A DNA stretch of 63,859 nucleotides, counting the filler, from Choristocarpus tenellus KU-1152 (Eukaryota; Protista; Phaeophyceae), in NCBI GenBank assembly GCA_964200185.2. It is 11 parts of 11 records of this genome, joined end to end, with 100 filler letters (N's around TTAATTAATTAA, not from the genome) between each part and the next. Parts side by side here need not be neighbours in the genome. Positions count along the whole stretch, not along the records: positions 47,980 to 54,657 come from CAXNAD020007584.1; positions 54,758 to 59,212 come from CAXNAD020014475.1; positions 59,313 to 63,859 come from CAXNAD020014059.1; 8 more parts are not named here. One strand, given 5' to 3'. Under the pieces are notes generated by a model, which was given only the letters and a program-made list of their open reading frames with translations, had not been told where the DNA came from and did not search any database. A program made the position numbers and the translations under genes. Below are positions 53,441-63,859 of this stretch, piece by piece. Position 1 is the stretch's first letter. Every line of letters starts with the position of its first letter.

Positions 53441-53741
53441 CTGCGGCAAGCAAGAACACAGGACAAAAAAAAAAATGTTGTGAAGACGATAAAAAATGCT
53501 TATCAATGACAACTCTAAAAACCCACGGGTATTTCACACAGAATAGACAGAAAAAGGCGCTAATAAATATAAATATATCTACATCTCGATCAAAATACAT
53601 TTGATTACTAATATTACCATAGAAATTCCAACAAAATGAGAGGGTAAGCAAGATAGGTTTATATGAATAATTCATGCAACACACTGGCATAGTCTCAAAG
53701 CACCCAACACTATCACACTATATATAGGATCAACAGGACTC

Positions 53742-53775
<34 letters not shown>

Positions 53776-56539
53776 TACCTTGCAGTAAGCAATCAGTGAT
53801 GATTAGTGAATAAATACTAAAATATACATGTGTTGAACATTCTTCAAACCTGTTCATTCACATCACAGAAAAAAAAAATTGAAGATGAAGGCAAAGACTA
53901 CTAATACCTAATTTTTCTTTTTTAAAAGCACAAGCGATGGAATGATATCACCAGATACACCACCAGTGCCACACAAAAACAAAAATATTTCCAAAAATAA
54001 ACGCCGTTTAATCAACAAACCCTGTGTAACCCCCCTACAATAGCTAGAAAAAAAATATCACCACTTACATTTTTTTTTTCTACCTCCAAAAAACAAAAGA
54101 ATTAGAAAAAAAAAATGATAAAAAAACAAAAGCTATGAAAACAATAAGAAAAGAGCCGGTGAAAGTGACGTGCGTGTTAGACCACCTCTTCTTCTATCAA
54201 GACCTCCCTCCCAAAAAAAAGAGGGAACACAAAGACCAACCACATCCATCATTCAAACACTGTGAGATACCTTTTCTGGGAGATACCTTTTCTGGGACAT
54301 ACGCGACTGATTACTGTTCCGATTTTCGATTCGCCACCAGGGAGAGAAATAACGTGCGCGTTGGTTTTTACAGTTTTTTTTTTAATACCCCCCGACCATC
54401 CGCAGAAACTCCTCTTTAAATAGTAACTATAAAAAAAGGCGTTTATTTCACTTCTCTCTTCTTTTTTTTTTCTATTCCATTGTCACCGTGTAGGGTAGGT
54501 TCACTGCCTACGGTAAGAACACGAACAGGCTCTAATAAAGAACCTAAACGATTTTAAAAACAAAACAATCATAGACCCCCCCCCCCCCCCCCCCCCCCCC
54601 CCCACCCAAAAAAAAAAAAAAACAACAAAAAAAAAAAAGAAAAAAGGGAAAGAGAAANNNNNNNNNNNNNNNNNNNNNNNNNNNNNNNNNNNNNNNNNNN
54701 NTTAATTAATTAANNNNNNNNNNNNNNNNNNNNNNNNNNNNNNNNNNNNNNNNNNNNGATGAGTTTGACCCAAAATGGCGCGCGGAAAGTGCCCATATGT
54801 TATTTTTTTGTAAATGTTACGGCACTTTTTTAGGGCCCCTTTTTGAATGGGAATCCATGCCTAAGAAGGAGTACTTGCTGAACTGTGGTGTCACTTCGTG
54901 TGTGGAAAGAGGGATGTCAATTTTGCGTTTAATATTGTGCACAAAAAAGCAATGAAATAGAGTGTTACACGGAGTAAGAAAGATGGCTTAGAATGCACAA
55001 GTGTCCAAACCCTGCCTACCTCTCTATTGGGTCGCCTCTGATACTGATACATGTATTATAGCAGTTCGAAGGCAAGCCAGTGATAGATGTGTCACCATAC
55101 GCCACAAGTGATAGATGTGACGATTTCAACCAAAGCGTGTCATGCACTTCAAGGTAGAGATATCACGCCTGTGGGTAAGACGAGGAGTGGAAGAGTAATG
55201 GGGCATTTCCCTTCTTTCTAGATTGCCTTCATAGTAGTGCCAGATTAGGAGTAATTTTAGCTGTTTTATGTGTCCATACATTCTTGTGCGGTGTAAACAA
55301 TACCTACTGCTGTCCTGTATTTTTTTTCTTCATTATTAGTAGTATCCTTTCCCCTACATTTTGGTTCTTGTTCTCACCATGTAGTGTTATAAATCGTACT
55401 TATTGGATCGGTCCGATTCGATAGTATCGAATTTTAATCGAAACCAAAATATGGGATATCGATTTATTTCAATATTCATTTATTTGTTTACTTTTTCTTC
55501 TCTGTTTTATTTGGAGAAGGACAAACACAGGCGCACAAATACCTCCACAACTTTATACTGTACAATCATATCTAGAACTGGATTAAAACCCAAAATATGC
55601 CCAGGCAGGTCAGAGACGATGCACCATAATGTTCGTTTCATGAACGCGACTATGACCTTGAAGTGAGAGTTAGGGTTAGGGTTTGATGTCGTAGATTTTT
55701 TATATTATGCTTCTTGACTATTTTTTTATTATTTTGTCATTATGATGCGATGTATAGGTCGTGCGTGTTTGTTCAGTCCTACATATAAACCTCAATGAAA
55801 GCAAAAAGTGAATAATCTAAAAGTGAGAGACCTAGTATATTTGACGAGTTTTACTATCGACCCTTCTACGAGCGTCATCAATCTTCTACAGGCTTGCGGA
55901 TTGGAGCTACATATCCCAATATGGTAAGCTTGCAGAGCGTCTTGTAATATGGAAGTCCTACTTTGTCTCTTCACACCAGATAGAATACTCAACTTACCGC
56001 ATGGGAATGTCGTTAGCTCCTTGGGACGTCCTGGGGTCTCATGGTTTTGTCGACTCCTCGGAACTTCCTGGACTCATCTCTATCTCCACTTCTCTCGAAT
56101 TGGGGGGAAAGGGTCTGCATTGTTGCATCTGTGACTCAGACGCCACAACCTCAGTGAGGAACGGACTTTGTGGTCATGAGTGAGGGTATTCGCTCATGTT
56201 CGCGTTGATGGCCTGCACTCCAGATCACGCCTTCAGGGTCTCTCTTTACGGCCTTGAGGCTGTGCAATAGATTCCAGGTCGTCTCACGGGTCGCATCAAA
56301 GGCCTGCACTTGAGTGCATAGCTTCAGGGTCTCTCTTTATGACCTTGAGGCTAGGCAAGAGTGTAACCACCTTAATGTGTCCAGCGGGTCGGACCCATGA
56401 CCTGTGCCCCAGACCATGACCTCAGAGCCTCCCTCTAATGAGGGGAAGACATTGAGATTATGCATGGGGATGCTGGCAGTATTACTGTTGTGTGTTCCAT
56501 GTCTTTCTTTTCTGTCGAGCAAGTTTCACCTTATTCACA

Positions 56540-58240
56540 TACTCGATCTTGCCATCCGTTGGCACTCTTGCTGGGAGTTTTTGCTTCTCTTGCATTGTAT
56601 TCACCACTGGCAGGTACAGAAATGCTGACACGTTGGGCTCTTGCTCTCCAATCCTTCCGCCTCACAGTTCGTCAAAAACCAGGCAGACAATGTTGTACCT
56701 GATGCCCTTTTTCGCCTCTTTTTGAATGAGTTCAATCGAATGCGGAAAGTAGTTACCCCTATTTGCAGGAATATTCTGGAAAATATAGTCAAATACTTCA
56801 GCCCAACGTCGAGCATATGAATATATCCAGATCTCCTTCATGAATTAGATGTATTTCCGAGAGACCGCGAACCTTTCAGTTGTTCGGTTAATATCTTACA
56901 ACTTTTGACCACAACAAAATTCGTTCAGCACAAATGAGTCAATTTTCCCTTTTTTGCGCATTTAGAAGCCCCCAACTCAGTGTCTCTACCTCCTCGAGAA
57001 TCGAGGTATAGTATGTCATGTTTTTATATTGATACTGACACTAACTTGCATTATTACCGATCATATTTCCCAGGCCACATACAAAAACACCATGCTTTTC
57101 GTGGTCAATTAGTGGTTCCAAAAGAATTATAATATCTCATCTTACATGCTTGTCACGATCATTCCTCTTCAGGAGGTCACTTTGGTTTTTCACATACCCT
57201 TAACAAGGTACAAAACAGGTATTGGCGGCCAATTTTTGAAAAAGATGTTGTAAGACGTGTCAACTTTGCTAACGACTAAGAAATGTCATAGACATCTTAC
57301 ACTGCCTCAAGGACAAATTCCTGCTACTCGACCATTCGAACGGATTGTTGTTGATCTTGTATAGTATAAGAGCATTTCCCAAGGATGCTGATATGTTCTT
57401 TCGAGTATATTCCAATTGACACACTTTGCTTTTCTCATTCCCCTTCCAGCCAAACAAGAAGTGACCGTTGCTAAGTTTTGTTTGGAATCCTTTTCTTTAT
57501 ATATGGGGTACCTGAAATTCTTCACTCTGACCAAGGTTCAGAATTTGAAAATAAACTTGTTCTGGAATTACATTGTTTGGGTACCATAAAACTCGTACCA
57601 CGCCTATAGACACAGGGTAACTCTGTTTTAGAGCGTGTCAATTCCACTATGTATCAAATGTTATCCGTGTAGAGTAACATAGCAGAGAATAATTGGGCGA
57701 CTGTTGTTCCATTCCTTCAATTGGCTCACAATACGGCATACAATACCACATTACAGGAAACGACCTTTTTTCTGCTTTCAGGACGCCACCCAATTTACCG
57801 ATAGATGTAATTTTTGGGGCTATCCAAACCAACAGTAAATTGATCTATTCAAGAGTTTACCCAATCACGAGCTGAGATTTACAGCTAGCTTTTGAATTTG
57901 CCCGTCGCAATCTGGGAAAACGGAACGCTAAACGAATTGCTAGCAATGAAACTCTTGTTTTCCCCATGTTTAATGTTGGAGCTCAAGTTTTGGTACATCG
58001 TCCACACACCGACCGTGATGTACCTAATGCCAAATTGATTCAACCTGGCGTGAACCTTTCACAGTGACTGTCAAAATTCCCCCTGTAGTTTACTTACTGT
58101 GTTCGAAAACAAGGTGACATCAAAGATAATTCTGTTCACTTGGCCCACTTGAAACCTTACATTCCAAACACACAACTACCTGAACCTGATTTTATGAAGC
58201 TCAAAGATTTTTTTCTTGCCCGTACTCTATCCTTATGAAG
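56540..58240 (+). mobile_element. Decayed Ty3/Gypsy pol fragment (RNase H end plus integrase)
   Basis: MLTRWALALQSF..VRQKPG..VPDAL; QLVVPKEL..ILHACHDH..GGHFG..TLNKVQNRYW; RPFERIVVDLV; YGVPEILHSDQGSEFENK; QGNSVLERVNSTM. Numerous frameshifts and stops. Confidence 0.9.
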
Positions 58241-59043
58241 CCGCATAGAGGGGGGGGGGTAATATGAGAGCCATCTTCCAACTAAGGTATACCTTTGAGA
58301 TGACCTATCTTGAAGATCTGTTGCTCATATGGCATCTGTTTTTGAATGTTGAAGTAAATATCTAATGGTTTGAGTGGACCTTATAAACCCCCCTCATTCA
58401 CTTTTTGCCTTTTCACTCTTCTTCCCTGAGTGATCTTTGGAGGGATTGCTCTCCCGCTTGCCTTGTATCTCTCCATTCCCTTCCCCCTGTGGGTCTTCCC
58501 GCTCCCCTTCAGTCTGAAGAACTTGTCTCTGTCGGTTTGGTTATGCTTAGCTAACATTGAGAAAGGGGAAGTTTATGAAGTAATCTGAGTTTTGCGACCA
58601 GGAGAATTATGGCAGGAATGACGTAAGGGGAAGGAATGGTTGATTAGGGTAAAATATCAAAGGGGTGGACGAATTGTTAAATACTGAATGGCTAGGAGAC
58701 AGAAGAGGTAGGAGAGAAGTTAAAAGAAACGGATGGTAGATGGAAGCACAAGTTAGGAAGGGATGGATCAGAACATATGGAAAACCTGAACTTGGTGGGA
58801 CAGGACAAGCAGGGTCAGAACAAAGCAAACTCTGAGTGATCTCTCCCACCGACCCTTTTGATTGCTCATGACCGATTGGGAGGGGAAAGGGGGGGGGGAA
58901 GTCAAGTTCGGGTGGGGGGTAGATGCCTTCTAGTTCAAAGGAATGGTATTGAAGTGGATGATGAAGGGTTGTTCTTGGATGATTGTGGAGTGGCGTTGAA
59001 TGGTGTGATGGAGTGGAAAGTGATGGAAGGGGTTGTGGTGTTG

Positions 59044-59170
59044 AGTGGTGTTGAATGGTGGGTGTAGTGAAAAGTGGTAAAAAGTGTCATGGGGCTCAGT
59101 GGTGTTGAATGGTGGGTGTAGTGAAAAGTGGTAAAAAGTGTCATGGGGCTCAGTGGTGTTGAATGGTGGG
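59044..59170 (+). repeat. ~54-bp tandem repeat near the contig end
   Basis: AGTGGTGTTGAATGGTGGGTGTAGTGAAAAGTGGTAAAAAGTGTCATGGGGCTC repeated twice plus a partial third. Confidence 0.8.
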
Positions 59171-59629
59171 GTGGAGGGGAAAGTGGTGTGGGGTTGAATG
59201 GGGTTGAATGGTNNNNNNNNNNNNNNNNNNNNNNNNNNNNNNNNNNNNNNNNNNNNTTAATTAATTAANNNNNNNNNNNNNNNNNNNNNNNNNNNNNNNN
59301 NNNNNNNNNNNNCAAAGGGGGGTGTTTAGTAGCTTTTTTTTCGGGGAGTTGGAAGAGCACGGTTGGGGGGGGGGGGGGGGGGGGGGGGGGCCAGGAAAGA
59401 GTGTTCCCAAGGGGGTCCAATGAAGGACGTGGTAAGAAGGCTAAGGACGATTCCAAGCGGGCCTTCACAGCCTCCAGCTGTAGAGTGTGGAGGGGCAATG
59501 GTGGGCCCTGTGAAGGCCCCCCTTGCTGCTCATCCTTTTCTGGACCTTGGTGGTTAATGGTGGCTGAAGCTACTAATATATCCGAAGTGTTGGGTACTAT
59601 CAAGGAATAGAGGGGAAAAAGCAGGGCAA

Positions 59630-59965
59630 ATGACTTCCTGTGGAAGGAATGGAAAGCGTAAGTTAGATGAGGATTATTTCACGAAGCTCACAACTGTGCA
59701 GGTAGTCCTGGTGGAGGCCTACATCTTGTACCAGAATGGCGGAGGGAAAGAAGTGCCAAGTCAAGATCTTATGGACTATGTCAATCATGCAATTGGGGGT
59801 TTGATGTCAGAGTCAGGCGTGGGCAAGATTATGAAGAGGCTGAAGTTCAGTGGTAGGGGGGATAGTATCAACATCCCCCCTCTAACCAAGCAGAGGAAGA
59901 CTTGGGTTCGTCGCTGTTTGATTATCCGCCAATGCAGTCCTTATCTACCCCGACAATTGTGTTGA
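59630..59965 (+). CDS. Small intronless ORF, possible winged-helix DNA-binding protein
   Basis: 111 aa; EVPSQDLMDYV..MSESGVGKIMKRL..TWVRRCL resembles RFX/D5-C-terminal wHTH spacing (by eye only). Confidence 0.35.
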   Translation: MTSCGRNGKRKLDEDYFTKLTTVQVVLVEAYILYQNGGGKEVPSQDLMDYVNHAIGGLMSESGVGKIMKRLKFSGRGDSINIPPLTKQRKTWVRRCLIIRQCSPYLPRQLC

Positions 59966-61205
59966 TCACCAGTTGCATAATTCAATATGCCCCTACTCGA
60001 GAAAGAGTGTAGGGAGGATGAAAAGGGTATGGGGCATACGTTAAGGAAGAGGAGGGAGGGGATGTCACGTGTAAAGGCTATAGCCTAGTATGTCCGCCTG
60101 CTGGCATATGCAATGGGAAAAGAAGAAGAAAAAAGGAGTGCTGGGGCGCTATGGGGCGATATTGTAGCATAGACGGGTGACCGTGAAGTTGTTGAGGCCT
60201 TTTGCTTCTGAGTGTCCATACTCTGGTGTCTATTCTGCCATCAGAGATTGCCATGCCCTGATGGATGAGATGGCATGTACATGTCACGACTGCACCTGCA
60301 TCTAAGTGTCTTGTCACCTGGTAAGAACGCAATACGTAAATCTTTAGCGGTACCTTTACCACCACTGATATGATGAGGGTTTCAAGAACCCTGAATCGGC
60401 CCCTAGACTTAATATATCGACCTGTTGCAGGAGTGTGACGTGCAAGCAACTGCTGTTGAGCAACCTAGAGCAGCCCACAATCTCGGTGTCTCTCCCAAAG
60501 GATTGGTTTTAGTCGGGGTGTGATTTAGAGTGACAGGGGGTGAACTGCAGCCGCTGGGACGTTCATCGCTTTCAGGATAATATCCCTGAGAGACTGTTGC
60601 AGAGGGAAGACGCCTTGGCAGGGTCTGAGGGATTTATGTGATTCGGATTCCGTGGAGTATGTGTCAGTTCCAGTCTGTTGTTGAGATGCGCTGGGCACGC
60701 AGCAAGCGCTACATCAGCATACGGTTGAGCGCGGATTTTTCGAAAGCAAGGTTTTGAGGGAAAATCTGGCTTGACTGGTACGGGGGCATGATGTGGGTGG
60801 GGAAGATTGGGTGTCGATTGTGTGGATCCTCCGATGAACTGTCAACAGAGCAATCGAAGGCTTCATAGTGAACGATGAGCTCTTGAACGGGACTTTTCGT
60901 GTCCTTGACCCTTGGCCCTGGGCTGATGAAGAGGTCCTTGAAGATTAGAGGTTTGAGTTGGTTGATGTTGATGAGGACAAGGATGTAGGCCAAGGTGTGG
61001 AGGTGGAGGCACGACTGTTCCTTTCAAGGGTGGAAGGGAACGTTGATCCCAAGAGCCGAAAACGCTCTCGTGGCCCAATTCTTAATGATTTTCTGGCACT
61101 ATTTTAAAACCACACGACCAACACGTGGGTACCCTTCTTGAAATGACCCCTCTTTGACAGGCTATGTTTCCCTGGTGTAAGAAATGTAAATAACAAGGCA
61201 ACATT

Positions 61206-62755
61206 TTGCTCACCGACATGCAATTTTCCAGTCTGGTCGACCAATATCAGAACACAAAAGGACGCCTACAGCCAAGTGTAACTCCTCTGAATCCAACATT
61301 CCACTATGATTGCCAGACACGCCTTGCTCGCAGCTTTCAACTACATACCTCTTCACCTGCTTTGAGTAAGCATTGCGAAGTTCTTGGTAAATGCCTGCCC
61401 ATGTTCTTGTGGTGAAATAATGTCAACTCACTCCCGAGGTACTTCATGAGTAGTAGTAACACCCCATTCACCACCGATATACTGCAGTATTTACCAAAGC
61501 ACGGCCTGATTTCACCCCCCTTTGACTCTTCAAACCCTCTACCATTATTGATTTTAGCCTCGCTACATGCCATCCTGACCTCTCCACAATCGGAGGTAAC
61601 TAGCCGTAAAACCATTTCCGCCTTCTGCACCATGTTTTCTATTCCAGCTTGATGCAGGCATACAAGGGTTTATATGAGGAGCAGTGCCGATCTGAGAAAA
61701 CCGCCTCCCAGTGCTACCGAAACCTGGTCCGCAGCTATAGCCGCATGTCTGTTGAGAACAGGCGTCTACGCTTCCAGCTTGAAGGGGTGCAAATCACCCC
61801 TGCTTTCCAGCGGGGGGAGGGGGTAAACAAATGCATGGTGGCGCCGGAAAAGGTGGACGCGGTCTTGGAAGGCGTGGTGGGGACCGATGGCGCTGTGAGA
61901 CCGATTACTGATGGATGGGGCTCCAAGAACACTGATGGATTAGGAAGGGGGGAACAAGGGTTACCTACACATATTGATGTGTTAGACTTCGATAGTGTTG
62001 ATCACATGGGTGCCAACAGGGTTGTTTGTAGGAATGGTGGCGTTGGATGCAAACGAGAGAGAGTTGAGGTAGGAGGAAAGGGGCAAGAAATATCCTCATG
62101 CACTAGCCCAGCAGAAAGCAACACGACCGTTGAGACAGATGGAAGCCTCGCATTGGTCAATAGGCGTGGACCAGCAGGAGGGGAGGAGGGGAGTGCGGGG
62201 GCAGAAAAGGCTGAGCAGGAAGTGGGAGGGATGTCCTTGGTCAGTGGGGAACGTGTTGGGTGCCTATCAAATCCTCTTGGCCCTGCTAGAGAAATGCCTT
62301 GCTTAGGGGTGTATGCAAGGACCCACGGCGATGAGAAAGCCTTCCCCCCCACTACCACAAGACCAAGTTCTGTGTCTGTGTCAACAACTTCGGTTGCAGT
62401 TTTCAGTGAGATGGTGCCTACATTTTCGGAGTCTAATGACAATGCCATGGCACAGATAGATCGTTCCCAAGGCCAGGGTGCTTCTCCTACCACTTCCCAG
62501 TCAACCCCGGGGAACCAAGGTCATGAATGTGCAGGGAAAGACCTATGCCAACTGGGACTGTTGATGCAACAGTCCATCTCATCCTTGCCAGAATGGGTCT
62601 CTCAGACTGGGGAAGAATTTCCATTGTCAGGCCCCAAAAGGAGTTCATCACCGTCCTATGCTCCCACTCGAGGGATTGGTATTGCGTGGGGTGGTGGCAG
62701 GAGGGCCGGTAGGCAAGTCCAGATTGGACCCTCCAACAGTCCTAACAGCATATGA
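61206..62755 (+). pseudogene. Intronless hypothetical gene, probably disrupted (coiled-coil then low complexity)
   Basis: ORFs 61206-61415 and 61446-61652 are in one frame separated by a single TGA; a frame change then leads into the 368-aa ORF 61649-62755. Confidence 0.35.
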
Positions 62756-63859
62756 TTTGCTATGGGTTCTCTGCACAAGAAGGGAAGGCAGACTTGGGCA
62801 CGATTTTTACATCACTTGATGATATTGTTTGATACCTCTTTCTCAACTACATATGTTTGCTTTCTGTAATCCTTTTTCTTGTCTAGTCAAGTAGGGATAC
62901 ACACATTGACCTCCACAACTGCATCTACCATTTTTATTTAACAGGGACCTCTTCTCCTCAGCCATCTACCTTGTAATTCCCATGTTTTTGTCCACCGGTC
63001 ACAGTGCTAATCCTCTCTTGCTGGTAGGTATCCATAGGTTGCTCTCTGTCTCTCCCTCTGATCATGGATACCCCCATCTATATACACACTCCTTGCCAAT
63101 AATGCCTTTTTAACGTTGTGTTGATATTGTTAGCAAATGTGACAATCTGTCACACTCGCAAAAATGATAAGTGTTCATTGAGTTACCATAGTCGGGTACC
63201 GTCCGAGACAGATTTGTACGCGTTCTCATAAGATACATATTCTGAATGATGTTAATACGTATCATTACACTCATTCACATTTTAAATATGTTATTGTGGA
63301 GGGGAACAAGAAAACTAGAAGAGAAAGAAAACAATACACACGACAACAACAGGGGAAATGCCTTCCGATAAACCAAAAGAGAGTTGCATGAAATGTCGTA
63401 TTACTGAGGTTGCACCAGTACTTCAGTGGCAGGATATTTGAGTGTTAGTGTTGTGAATCGCAGCAGTTCAATCGACTTCAGTTCGATTAGTCAAAAGTAA
63501 CTGAACAGAAAAAAAGTTCGGTTATTCCGCTTTTTGTTTTTTCACAATACAAGCAAAAGCGCGACTGCTGAATGTGTCTGAGGTAACAGAAGAGGCATGT
63601 ATTCGTCGCAAGGTGTCACTACCCACAACTCACTACACGTTTCAATGTTTATTGCTTCAGAATATCTGCCTGGTGAGACCTTTGGAGTTTTTGCCTCACA
63701 GCAACACACTAATCCACAACCAGTAGTGCGCGTTTCGTGGGAGTCGTGTCGGGCGTTGACAATTCAATTTAATCGAATTCTTTCCCTGGCCGATTTGATC
63801 ACAGTTGTAAATTACCTTGGTTCATAGAACAGCGGATCATGATAATGGCGGATGGATCA

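Overview
Eukaryotic, intron-rich genomic DNA. It is most likely a stramenopile/brown alga; this is inferred from the RTE LINE type, the JmjC family and the TTAGGG repeats. The window is not contiguous: 11 unrelated contigs are joined by artificial 100-nt spacers (N44-TTAATTAATTAA-N44), so no linkage can be inferred across them. Spliced host genes reconstructed by hand: a TENT4/Trf4-like non-canonical poly(A) polymerase (-), the 5' part of NUP93 (+), a DDX27/DRS1-like DEAD-box helicase fragment (+), an ionotropic glutamate receptor-like channel fragment (+), a JmjC oxygenase (+), an ankyrin-type terminal exon (+), and the phosphatase half of a trehalose-6-P synthase/phosphatase (-). Mobile DNA: 8 copies of a ~260-bp MITE with 3- or 4-bp TSDs, a related poly-G MITE at six contig ends, and RTE LINE and Ty3/Gypsy relics. 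The best novelty candidate is contig 24445-29445. It carries a decayed, spliced Sola/DUF7869-like transposase gene head-to-head with a spliced ParB/Sulfiredoxin-domain gene (LDGNHR). The two are separated by a ~267-bp repeat array that contains a perfect 30-bp palindrome. All family assignments are by-eye motif recognition, not database searches.
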